This document shows, in pieces, positions 9,225-17,238 of a stretch of DNA of 27,630 nt (its first letter is position 1; each line of letters begins with the position of its first letter). This stretch comes from a virus. Under the pieces are notes generated by a model that saw nothing but the letters and a program-made list of their open reading frames with translations, had not been told where the DNA came from and ran no database searches. The translations under genes and the position numbers were made by a program. Location of the stretch: the UHGV virus genome UHGV-1949486; one strand, written 5' to 3'.

Positions 9225-10540
9225 CAGAATCCCTCCAGCATGCGGGCGGCTTCACGGCGGCGGCGCGAACGCGCCACCACCGGCCCTGACGGTCCGTCAG
9301 TGGCGTTAATAGCCAGAAAACAGGCCCATGTACGGTCGGCGTGACCTGCTGCATCACTTTCCGCCACAAAGCGAGGCGCTCCGGTAGGTCCGGTGATCTT
9401 ACGGAGTTTATGCAGATCACTGCGCAGTACCACATCTCCCGCCGGAATACGCAGGCGGCGGTCCTCAAACATCTCCCTGCCACGGGTCGCGAGGGTGAGC
9501 TTGTTCGGGCTGTTAAATATCACCCCCTCCACACGACTCCTGCCGTGGCGCTCCTGAGCATCTTCCACAGGCTTTTCCCCCATTCCTGTCTGATCCATAC
9601 AGCAGCGCAGCACGCGATAACGGAAAAATACGTCATCCAGCAAAGCATCCTGCTCAGCAAAGGTGGCCCGTTTACGGGTGATGATTTCCCGGGTCCAGTA
9701 GACATCCCCCACCTGTTCAAGCACCCAGATCACAAACAGGTCATTACGGACAGCAATATCCACCCCCACAAAGCAGGGGCCACCCGTATAGTGCACCGGC
9801 AGTCCGGCAGCATCGTGCTCCACGCCGTCAATCAGTTCAAACGTCAGCCAGGCCGATGCCTCATCCAGCCACTTCAGTTCAAACTCCTGTGCCCAGGCGT
9901 CATCATCGTTGAGCGCCTGTCGCATCTGTGCAATGTCACGCGGAAGGCCGTCGCGCACGGCACGGTAAATATCCACGATGTGACGTGACCAGACATTTTC
10001 AAGGGCGTTGCTGGTCATCAGTTCATAAAACTTGTTTCCCTTGCCGTTCGGCGTCGATGTCACACGCAGTCTGTAGCCGTTGGAAATGACCGGAAACAGG
10101 GCGGTCCAGATTTTGCGACTGTCGGCATGGAAGGCGAACTCATCCAGAAAGACGTTAGCCGCAAACCCACGTGCCGTGTCGGGATTTGCCGGCAGGGCCG
10201 TGATACGGGAGCCACCGGGTAACTCCACCTCAAGCATGGTGTAGCGTTCGCCGCTTTCAGCACGGTAATAACTTTCCACCTCACGGGCCGCCATCCGGTA
10301 GGCGCTGCAGTGTTTTTTCACCCCCTCCACCATGGCTTCTTTTGCCTGACGCTCCCCACGCGATAGGATCACCCAGCGAGTGCGTCCCCCTGATGCCTCT
10401 GTTTCAAAACAGTCATCAACCAGTTCCAGCGTGGTGGTGAACGTCTTGCCCGTCTGGCGGGCAAACATGCCAATCTTGAAACGGGCACGATCCAGAAACC
10501 ACGCCTGCTGGTAGGGATACAGCTGAATGGCTGCTGTCAT
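9224..10540 (-). CDS. Terminase large subunit (Mu gp28-like)
   Basis: 438 aa; Walker-A-like motif FARQTGKT near the N-terminus; D/E-rich nuclease-like C-terminal half; between gp27-like and portal genes. Confidence 0.75.
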   Translation of the reverse strand: MTAAIQLYPYQQAWFLDRARFKIGMFARQTGKTFTTTLELVDDCFETEASGGRTRWVILSRGERQAKEAMVEGVKKHCSAYRMAAREVESYYRAESGERYTMLEVELPGGSRITALPANPDTARGFAANVFLDEFAFHADSRKIWTALFPVISNGYRLRVTSTPNGKGNKFYELMTSNALENVWSRHIVDIYRAVRDGLPRDIAQMRQALNDDDAWAQEFELKWLDEASAWLTFELIDGVEHDAAGLPVHYTGGPCFVGVDIAVRNDLFVIWVLEQVGDVYWTREIITRKRATFAEQDALLDDVFFRYRVLRCCMDQTGMGEKPVEDAQERHGRSRVEGVIFNSPNKLTLATRGREMFEDRRLRIPAGDVVLRSDLHKLRKITGPTGAPRFVAESDAAGHADRTWACFLAINATDGPSGPVVARSRRRREAARMLEGF

Positions 10541-11091
10541 GAGATCACCCCGTAAATCTGTTCCCGCACCATCTTCAGGGTTTCCAGACTCAGGCGGGTG
10601 TCGCCGGACTTCGCCTGTTTTTCCAGAGCATTCATCCGCGCCTCAATTTTTGCCAGCACCTCGGCCCGGAATCGCTTGTGGGTCACCGAAGCACGTACCA
10701 GTGTGGCTATACTTTCCGAAGCAGTGGCCAGCAGTTTTGCGCGTTTTGCAGGGTCATCATTTTCCCCGATTTCCTGCAGACGCATCAGAACATCCAGCAT
10801 CTCGGTCTGAATAAGTGCCATCATCCCGGCAGAACGATCGTCCGCCTCGTCACCGGCTTCCTGTGCCATCAGACGCGCGGCCTCGGTGGCGGCGCGGATG
10901 CGGGCCAGTTGTCGCTCCATTTTGTAGCCAAACCGCTGCAGGGAAGAGCGGGTGATGACGTATCCCTTCTCCTTCAGCAGGGCTTCCAGCCGGGCATATC
11001 CACTGAAGTTATTCTCCGTCAGTGCCCGCTCCAGCCAGCGGCGGACCTCCGTCGGCAGAGAATCAATGCTGCTGCGACGTCCCATAATCAC
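10537..11091 (-). CDS. Terminase small subunit-like DNA-binding protein (Mu gp27-like, DUF3486)
   Basis: 184 aa; N-terminus MIMGRRSSIDSLPTEVRRWLERAL... resembles the Mu gp27 family; 4-bp overlap with the terminase large subunit start. Confidence 0.6.
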   Translation of the reverse strand: MIMGRRSSIDSLPTEVRRWLERALTENNFSGYARLEALLKEKGYVITRSSLQRFGYKMERQLARIRAATEAARLMAQEAGDEADDRSAGMMALIQTEMLDVLMRLQEIGENDDPAKRAKLLATASESIATLVRASVTHKRFRAEVLAKIEARMNALEKQAKSGDTRLSLETLKMVREQIYGVIS

Positions 11092-11399
11092 TCACTCCAG
11101 TATTTTTCCGGGCGGGCAATACCCGGGCCGCATTCCACGGTGTATTCCACAATATCCACACCAAGGCGACTCAGATCGGCAAACCAGTCACCGGACGGTC
11201 TCTTCTCCAGCTCCACCATTTTGCGATCTGCCAGATAATCAAGCTCCCGGCGCAGCTCCAGTTGCGTGGTGTCCGGGTAGATGGCACGGGACACGTCCAG
11301 CAGCAACGTCTCGCTGGCGGTGTAAGGGCGGGTTTTGTTCAGGGCAACCAGCAGACTCCAGCGCAGGGATTCGCGGCGTACCCGGGTAATATCGACCAT
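11088..11399 (-). CDS. Hypothetical protein (Mu gp26 position)
   Basis: 103-aa ORF, translationally coupled to its neighbours. Confidence 0.45.
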   Translation of the reverse strand: MVDITRVRRESLRWSLLVALNKTRPYTASETLLLDVSRAIYPDTTQLELRRELDYLADRKMVELEKRPSGDWFADLSRLGVDIVEYTVECGPGIARPEKYWSE

Positions 11400-11725
11400 T
11401 ATTGACCTCCGGTATTGCGGTACTGCTGTACCACTTCCAGTTTGTTATAAAGCGCGTCCAGTTTGGCCTCAATGACTGTCTGGCCACGGATATAATCCTC
11501 TCGACGGACATAATTCAGCGGTAAATCCGCTTTAAATCGCATAAATTCTTTTTCCAGCTCGCCCCAGTTGGAGGCGGATTGTTGCAGGGCCTGTTCAAGG
11601 GAGGCGAATCGTGCCGCCTGGCGTTCTTCTGTTTTACTGAACAACCATTTGGCGAGCCCTCCCACAAACCCCATGAAGGTGAGCAGAAAACTCACCACCG
11701 TCCAGAATTCAACCTGCAGTGTCAT
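11399..11725 (-). CDS. Hypothetical membrane protein (Mu gp25 position)
   Basis: 108 aa with N-terminal hydrophobic helix (WTVVSFLLTFMGFVGGLAKWLF) then a charged coiled-coil-like tail. Confidence 0.5.
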   Translation of the reverse strand: MTLQVEFWTVVSFLLTFMGFVGGLAKWLFSKTEERQAARFASLEQALQQSASNWGELEKEFMRFKADLPLNYVRREDYIRGQTVIEAKLDALYNKLEVVQQYRNTGGQ

Positions 11726-12372
11726 TTCTGTAATCCTTCCCGTTCATCCAGTAACGCGTTTATCTGGTTCCGCCAGCGACGACATTGTCCTGCGTTGTCG
11801 ATGATGTTGGCGAGAACGTCACGCTGGGAGACACCCGAATCGCGTAACCGGGTGTCAGTGGTTTCAGGTTGCCCGGTCGCTGTGCCAGAGCGGGTGCCAG
11901 CGGCGGCAACTGAGTCTGAATGACCGGTGTCGACGGATGCGTTGTCATATCCGAGTGCGGCGTTGTACTGGCGCACGAAACCGCGAGTAAACACGCACTC
12001 AATGGGATGGCTCTTACCTTTTTCATCAATCCAGCGCTGTGTGACATCGTTAATTTGCCCCTGTAGTTGTTTATTCCGGCTCTCCAGTTGAGCAATCTGC
12101 TCAAGATAACCGGCTTCAGCCCGCTGCCCGGCGGCCACCTGCTCCTGATACCGTCTGGCCCAGGCCCGCAGCGCAGCATTCTCAAGCGTTGCCTGCTCCG
12201 TTTTGTACGTGTCGAACGCTGACTGCAACTGACTGAGCGCGGTATCACCGTCACGCTTTGCAGAGTCATGACCACTTCTGTATCCCATGGCATACAGGCC
12301 GACCAGAAAGGCATTGATAAGAATGGCCAGCAGAATGCCGCGCCACGGCAGCTTTTTAACCAGATGCCACAC
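11722..12372 (-). CDS. Inner-membrane spanin (i-spanin, Rz-like)
   Basis: GTG at 12372 preceded by a GGGGAGG Shine-Dalgarno 8 nt upstream; N-terminal KK plus transmembrane helix (LPWRGILLAILINAFLVGLYAMGY) followed by a long coiled-coil periplasmic domain; directly downstream of the endolysin; contains an embedded lipoprotein ORF. Confidence 0.6.
   Translation of the reverse strand: MWHLVKKLPWRGILLAILINAFLVGLYAMGYRSGHDSAKRDGDTALSQLQSAFDTYKTEQATLENAALRAWARRYQEQVAAGQRAEAGYLEQIAQLESRNKQLQGQINDVTQRWIDEKGKSHPIECVFTRGFVRQYNAALGYDNASVDTGHSDSVAAAGTRSGTATGQPETTDTRLRDSGVSQRDVLANIIDNAGQCRRWRNQINALLDEREGLQK
11760..12026 (-). CDS. Outer-membrane spanin (o-spanin, Rz1-like lipoprotein) embedded in the i-spanin gene
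   Basis: 88-aa ORF in an alternative frame wholly inside the i-spanin gene; MKKVRAIPLSACLLAVSCAS signal with lipobox A-V-S-C; proline-rich mature part. Confidence 0.6.
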   Translation of the reverse strand: MKKVRAIPLSACLLAVSCASTTPHSDMTTHPSTPVIQTQLPPLAPALAQRPGNLKPLTPGYAIRVSPSVTFSPTSSTTQDNVVAGGTR

Positions 12373-12976
12373 AACTGCTGCCTCCCCATGTGAGATATCG
12401 CGGTGCCAGTTCGCGCAGGATGCGCTGCGGATAATGGCGGTTCTCCCGCCAGCTGGCCGCATTGCGTCCGGCATTCACCGTGGCGACATGTCCGAACCAG
12501 CGGGTGCTGTCCAGCCCCTGCTGCGAGGCCAGCCGTTTGTCCCGCTGTACCCAGCCCAGACCACCGTTATAGCCTGACAGCGTCATGGCCATACGCTCGC
12601 AGTCACTGGCGGCGCTGACGCGTTGCCACAGCCAGCGGTCATAGCTGACCAGCGCCCGGATGGCCCACGCCGGATTAAACGGTTCACGGCTGTTAAGCCC
12701 CGGCATCAGCTGACTTATCCAGTCAGCGGTGGTGGGCATAAACTGCGCCAGTCCCTGAGCGCCAGCCGGCGAGACCGCATCAGGTCGCCAGCCGCTTTCC
12801 TGATGCAGCTGCGCGGCGAAGTCGGCCACCGGCGCAGACAGTCCCCATTCAAGCCGGGCATTACGGATCACATCATCGCGATACTGCAGCGCAACCTGCG
12901 GAGGCTGCGCTGCGCATGCCTGGCTGAAAAAGCCGCCACACCAGAGCAACATTGCGACAAAGAATACCCATGCCAT
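12356..12976 (-). CDS. Endolysin: lytic transglycosylase (SLT domain) with N-terminal signal peptide or SAR-type anchor
   Basis: SLT-like catalytic region (EWGLSAP...QLHQESGWRPDAVSPAGAQGLAQFMPTTA); ATG at 12976 gives MAWVFFVAMLLWCGGFFSQACAA, a hydrophobic signal-like N-terminus; the ORF could instead start at ATG 13096 (2 nt after the holin stop). Confidence 0.7.
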   Translation of the reverse strand: MAWVFFVAMLLWCGGFFSQACAAQPPQVALQYRDDVIRNARLEWGLSAPVADFAAQLHQESGWRPDAVSPAGAQGLAQFMPTTADWISQLMPGLNSREPFNPAWAIRALVSYDRWLWQRVSAASDCERMAMTLSGYNGGLGWVQRDKRLASQQGLDSTRWFGHVATVNAGRNAASWRENRHYPQRILRELAPRYLTWGGSSCVASG

Positions 12977-13098
12977 ATGAACCAGAAAGGTCCCGGCGCG
13001 GACTGACAGGCGTTCGGTTCTGATGAAGACCCGAAAGGCTTCGAAAGCCAGTTTCAGGGACATGCATACAATCCAGGTGATCTGCGGCCAGTTCATGA

Positions 13099-13449
13099 TT
13101 AAAGCCCCATCGCAACAGCCAGACAGACAGCTGCAACAATCAGTGCACGGCGGATTAACGCAGCAGAAAATACAAGGTGAAGGCCGGTCTGCACAGGGAA
13201 ACGCCCTTCAGCCATCAGCCTGTCTTCATGTTTCAGGTACTGACCGGGACGGGCTTTGGGGAAGAGCGAACGGTCAAGCCAGTACCCCAGCACTGCTGCC
13301 AGCGTGATGAGTGCCAGCTTGTAGATCACAACAGGCAACTGCTGTGGCGAGACCAGAGCGATGATGCCCAGCAACAGCACTGAGGTCAGCAGCCAGCCGC
13401 TGAGGCGAGGTTTTTTAACAGGGGGAATGAATTTTTTCAGGTTTTTCAT
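13099..13449 (-). CDS. Putative holin-like membrane protein (first gene of the late operon in this window)
   Basis: ATG at 13449 with AGGAGA Shine-Dalgarno 7 nt upstream (long ORF to 13482 trimmed); about 116 aa with two to three hydrophobic helices; immediately upstream of the endolysin. Confidence 0.5.
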   Translation of the reverse strand: MKNLKKFIPPVKKPRLSGWLLTSVLLLGIIALVSPQQLPVVIYKLALITLAAVLGYWLDRSLFPKARPGQYLKHEDRLMAEGRFPVQTGLHLVFSAALIRRALIVAAVCLAVAMGL

Positions 13450-13671
13450 GTGTGTCTCCTCGTTTGGTGGAGACAGCATCACAAATGTGGCGGGATACGG
13501 ATTTTAAACAGCGTTAATAGTGAAGATGTAAACGTGCACTGCATGATGGCTTTGAAAGAACGACCAGCCCGGTACCCGAACACCGGGCTGGCCATCGCCC
13601 CACAGGAATGCGCTGTGAGCCGACCAAGGTTCAGTCAGTCTCGCGAGACCAGACTAGCCTGCCATATTTTT

Positions 13672-13677
13672 TATAAT
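13672..13677 (+). promoter_or_regulatory. Candidate -10 element (TATAAT) upstream of the dam gene
   Basis: TATAAT hexamer 20 nt upstream of the dam ATG; no convincing -35 found. Confidence 0.3.
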
Positions 13678-13696
13678 TGTAAAAGGCTTACAGATT

Positions 13697-14467
13697 ATGA
13701 AAATGCAGACATTACCCATCGTTCCATGGATTGGTGGCAAACGCCGCCTTGCAAAACACATCCTGCCGCTGTTTCCGGCGCATGAATGTTATGTGGAGCC
13801 GTTTTGTGGGGCAGCAGCGCTCTATTTTCTTAAGGTACCCGGCAAGATCGAAGTCATTAATGATATCAACGGTGAGCTGGTGAACCTGTATCGGGTGGTA
13901 AAACATCATCTGGAAGAATTTGTACGCCAGTTCAAATGGGCGCTGGTCAGCCGGCAGATCTACAAATGGCTGCAGATCACCCCGGAAGAAACACTGACGG
14001 ATATCCAGCGTGCAGCACGGTTCTACTACCTTCAGAAGCAGGCGTTTGGGGGCAAGGTGGCGGAGCACAGCTTTGGTACCTCCACCATATCCCCGCCACG
14101 CTTCAACCTGCTGCGTATTGAAGAAGAACTGTCAGCGGCACACCTGCGGCTTTCCAGAACGGTCATAGAACACATGGACTGGCAACAGTGCATAGAACGA
14201 TATGATCGCCCGCATACGTTGTTCTACTGTGACCCTCCATACTGGGGAACGGAAGGTTATGGTGTGGAGTTCGGACTAGAAAATTATGATCATATGGCAG
14301 ATTTAGCACGCAGGATCAAAGGGAAGATGATTATATCGGTGAACGATATCCCGGAAATGCGGCAGGCATTCAACGGTCTAAATATTCAGTCGGTTGATAT
14401 CAGCTACAACCTCAAGATCACTGGCAAATCCAGTCGCAAGAAGGAACTCATTATCCTCAACTTTTGA
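13697..14467 (+). CDS. dam: DNA adenine methyltransferase (Dam-like, D12-class N6-adenine MTase), orphan
   Basis: 256 aa; FxGxG-type AdoMet motif (EPFCGAAALYF) and catalytic DPPY motif (FYCDPPYWGTEGYG); N-terminus WIGGKRRL typical of Dam; no adjacent restriction endonuclease gene. Confidence 0.85.
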   Translation: MKMQTLPIVPWIGGKRRLAKHILPLFPAHECYVEPFCGAAALYFLKVPGKIEVINDINGELVNLYRVVKHHLEEFVRQFKWALVSRQIYKWLQITPEETLTDIQRAARFYYLQKQAFGGKVAEHSFGTSTISPPRFNLLRIEEELSAAHLRLSRTVIEHMDWQQCIERYDRPHTLFYCDPPYWGTEGYGVEFGLENYDHMADLARRIKGKMIISVNDIPEMRQAFNGLNIQSVDISYNLKITGKSSRKKELIILNF

Positions 14468-15662
14468 CCGAATAGTAAGACTTCATGCAGTGAATCAAGT
14501 ACTGCATGAAGTCAAGGGCTGGTTTTGTGTACCAAAAATAAACAGTGATAGCGGTAATAATTCCCATAACTAGAACACCACGTATAATCCAGAACGTACG
14601 TTTCTGCGTGTCTAGTCGCGCAGAAATACTGCTAAATACACCAGCCACGTCATCTTTAATGAAGGAATATTCCTTATTAATCTGTTTTTCTTTGTATTCA
14701 ATTTCTTCGCCTAAGGCCTTTATAGATTGCATCTGGTTCGAAAGTGCCAGCCAGATTAACGTTGCAGCAAAAATGCATCCCAGAAGAATTATTGTGTTTG
14801 TTATCCCTTGGCCTGACCATTTCGTAGCCACTTTGAATTGGGTAGCTACGATAACAGAGGCAACAGGAATGCCAAGTATATGGTTCTGGATATCTGAAAA
14901 CGCTTTGTGGATTTTACCCATTTCTTCGACTTTTGCAGCACGCAGTTGATCCATTACTTTGTCATAAGAGAATCCAGAAGAGTAGATACGATACCCTTTC
15001 AGAAACTTTTCATGCAGACGCTGAATATTGTCCAGTAAATAAGCGAATACTAGAGGTGAATCAATTCCATCACTAACTGCTTGAATACTTTCAATCAGAA
15101 TATCTAGCTTCTGATCCTTATGGGTATCATCATTGAAACAAGCTATAAGGTTATCAAGATACTCCCTTTGCAAATTTTGTACATTTTCTGCAGCGAAGTG
15201 CGGTAATAGCTTGATAACTTCTTTTTTCAGAAAAACTAACTGACAAGTTGAGTTATCAAAGTAGGCCGCGGCCTCTTTTAGCAGGTTAACGAACTCGAGA
15301 ATCTTCCGGTAGTTGCTGATGAAAACGGGGATATCTTCATCATCATTACGAAATTTTGTTTCTAGGATGAAGTAATTAGCTGGCTCAAGGCACTGATGCT
15401 TTGGAGCATTTAGCAATTTTTCATGGGTGGAAAACACAAGTCCCAGTCCACTCCGTGGTGACGTCACACGTAGGATGATCGTGTTACCTGGAGCGATAGT
15501 GCCTGTATCAATAGAAAGACCATATTCACGAGGATCATCAAGCAAAGTATCAACCAGATCACAATCGGACTGATCTAAGAGCAACAGCGAACCGACACGA
15601 AACCCCTCTTGGAATTCCATACGACGATACAGAGCTGTCAGCATCTCAAATGAAATCGCCAC
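14457..15662 (-). CDS. Uncharacterised protein with two C-terminal transmembrane helices; downstream partner of the YejK/NdpA-like gene (candidate effector of a two-gene accessory system)
   Basis: 401-aa ORF starting 2 nt after the upstream gene stop; hydrophobic helices GITNTIILLGCIFAATLIWLALS and FWIIRGVLVMGIITAITVYFWY near the C-terminus; AT-rich codon usage unlike flanking phage genes; no family recognised by eye. Confidence 0.6.
   Translation of the reverse strand: MAISFEMLTALYRRMEFQEGFRVGSLLLLDQSDCDLVDTLLDDPREYGLSIDTGTIAPGNTIILRVTSPRSGLGLVFSTHEKLLNAPKHQCLEPANYFILETKFRNDDEDIPVFISNYRKILEFVNLLKEAAAYFDNSTCQLVFLKKEVIKLLPHFAAENVQNLQREYLDNLIACFNDDTHKDQKLDILIESIQAVSDGIDSPLVFAYLLDNIQRLHEKFLKGYRIYSSGFSYDKVMDQLRAAKVEEMGKIHKAFSDIQNHILGIPVASVIVATQFKVATKWSGQGITNTIILLGCIFAATLIWLALSNQMQSIKALGEEIEYKEKQINKEYSFIKDDVAGVFSSISARLDTQKRTFWIIRGVLVMGIITAITVYFWYTKPALDFMQYLIHCMKSYYSVKS
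14479..14513. terminator. Perfect 13-bp-stem hairpin (9-nt loop) at the convergence of dam and the 401-aa gene; candidate bidirectional terminator
   Basis: GACTTCATGCAGT gaatcaagt ACTGCATGAAGTC read directly; a T-rich tract (GGTTTTGTGT) lies 7 nt downstream on the plus strand; overlaps the last 18 codons of the minus-strand gene. Confidence 0.5.
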
Positions 15663-15664
15663 GA

Positions 15665-16672
15665 TTAAACCTCAGTCATCCACATTTCCCTAAATTCTTC
15701 AGGTACATTACGTAGGGTGATAATATTTGTTTCCGGATCATAATCAATATAGCCTTCAGTTTTCCCTTCCCGGTCAAACTTAAGTTCCCAATATTTAGAC
15801 TTGCCTTTAAAAGATACCAGAGCCCGAATGACTCGACCATCAGGAACGAAGCCATCCGATAACTCCAACTCTTCAGCAGCAAGTTTACCAGATAACTCCT
15901 CGGGAGCCTGGGGCCAAATGGCATTAACAAGGGTTTCAAGACTAAGTGGTTCACCAGCCTTACTTAGTGCATGTAAGTGTTCAAACGCACTCTTAAGAAA
16001 TGCATCTTTTTCAGCGCCGTCAAGTCCTTTCTCTGCCGCAAATGCTTTTAAAACGTCACGTAACTTTTCAGACTCTCGTTTGGCGATTAAGACATCATTA
16101 CAGCCTAGGAACTGTTTAAAATAGTTTGAAACATTACCTTGCCCCTTAAGAAAACTGATATAGCGCTCTGCGCCACTTTCCCACGCGGTTAAGTCAATGC
16201 GCCCAGCCATACGCAGCTTAGCAATATCAAGATAGGTACTATCTTGGATGTTAAAATCATCTGTGACAGTGGACCCAATGGTAGCGCTTACAATAGCTAT
16301 CAACAGGTGTTCATTGTGTCCTATCACGATATTTGCAAAAAGAACATAACCACCAGTAGCCATGTTTTCTCGCTGAGAACGTTCCGTCAGGTGATGCATC
16401 ATTCGGCAGGAACTTTGGTAGAAATCATCAACACCTTCGAGAAAGTCCCCAGCCATTCGTTCCATAGGATAGTTATCCGTATCGCCTTCAAAATAGCCAT
16501 AACCTTTACCTGTGCGTCCTGCATATTTTGCACAAATATCGTTTATAAGGCGCTGAGAGGCTTCAGTAACTAGACCTTCTTCAGGACTCAATCTCTCAGA
16601 AGCGTCTCCATTTTGTTGTTTGTCTAAAATGTGAACTACAACGTGTTTAACTTCAATGGTCTGCTCAGACAT
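15665..16672 (-). CDS. YejK/NdpA-family nucleoid-associated-protein homolog (phage-borne)
   Basis: 335 aa, same length as E. coli YejK; recognisable family blocks (HVVVHILDK, GGYVLFA, HLLIAIV, RIDLTAWESGAERYISFLKGQG) matching YejK as recalled from memory; strong AGGTGG Shine-Dalgarno 7 nt upstream of the ATG at 16672; AT-rich. Confidence 0.7.
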   Translation of the reverse strand: MSEQTIEVKHVVVHILDKQQNGDASERLSPEEGLVTEASQRLINDICAKYAGRTGKGYGYFEGDTDNYPMERMAGDFLEGVDDFYQSSCRMMHHLTERSQRENMATGGYVLFANIVIGHNEHLLIAIVSATIGSTVTDDFNIQDSTYLDIAKLRMAGRIDLTAWESGAERYISFLKGQGNVSNYFKQFLGCNDVLIAKRESEKLRDVLKAFAAEKGLDGAEKDAFLKSAFEHLHALSKAGEPLSLETLVNAIWPQAPEELSGKLAAEELELSDGFVPDGRVIRALVSFKGKSKYWELKFDREGKTEGYIDYDPETNIITLRNVPEEFREMWMTEV

Positions 16673-16742
16673 TGGCTATCCACCTTATTTTTTATTGCTT
16701 AATGGCAAATAATTTCTGCTATATGTTCTCGTTAGGAACACA

Positions 16743-17150
16743 TTAACCCACATTTTTTAACCGCTCAATCGTTGCGGATAATTCCTTCAGTTGTTTTTCC
16801 ATCTCAATCACACGCTGTTTTTCTTCAGCGCCTCGCATGAGATCTCGCCGAACCTCAGGATCTAACTGGTTTAGAAGTTCAAGCATTTTAAGGTCTGACG
16901 GGCTGAATTGATGTTGTGTTGGTACAGCAACAATTTCTTTAGATGGAATATGTTCTTTACCGGTAAGTAGCCAATCGATTGATACACCCAAATGGGTACT
17001 TAGCGCAACAAGAGCCTCTGCGTTTGGTTCTCTCTCTCCACGCAAATAGTTTTGAAGTGAGCGATATGGAATTTTTGATAAGTCAGATAATGCCTTTATT
17101 GTCATGCCATTAGCATCCATCACTTCACGCAATCTCTCTTTTGTACTCAT
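16743..17150 (-). CDS. Prophage repressor, XRE-family helix-turn-helix (c/CI-like)
   Basis: HTH segment (MTIKALSDLSKIPYRSLQNYLRGEREPNAEALVALSTHLGVSIDWLL); divergent from the early operon; start placed at the internal ATG 17150 (MSTKERL...) because the longer ORF to 17246 would run through the early promoter. Confidence 0.7.
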   Translation of the reverse strand: MSTKERLREVMDANGMTIKALSDLSKIPYRSLQNYLRGEREPNAEALVALSTHLGVSIDWLLTGKEHIPSKEIVAVPTQHQFSPSDLKMLELLNQLDPEVRRDLMRGAEEKQRVIEMEKQLKELSATIERLKNVG

Positions 17151-17166
17151 TTGAACATATCTCAAT

Positions 17167-17194
17167 TTGACACACTCATTTGGGTGTGTACAAT
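17167..17194 (+). promoter_or_regulatory. Early promoter (Pe-like): TTGACA, 16-nt spacer, TACAAT, with an operator-like dyad ACACAC/GTGTGT in the spacer
   Basis: Hexamers read directly at 17167-17172 and 17189-17194; inverted repeat 17170-17175 / 17184-17189; sits between the divergent repressor and ner-like genes. Confidence 0.55.
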
Positions 17195-17238
17195 AGACCC
17201 AATAGAGTACATCATAACCTAACAGGAACACGGTGCAT

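Noticed and set aside
9341-9988. 215-aa plus-strand ORF antisense to the terminase large subunit
   Set aside because: Antisense artefact; the terminase gene carries a Walker-A motif and fits the operon
10678-11238. 186-aa plus-strand ORF antisense to the gp27-like and gp26-like genes
   Set aside because: Antisense artefact with no initiation signals
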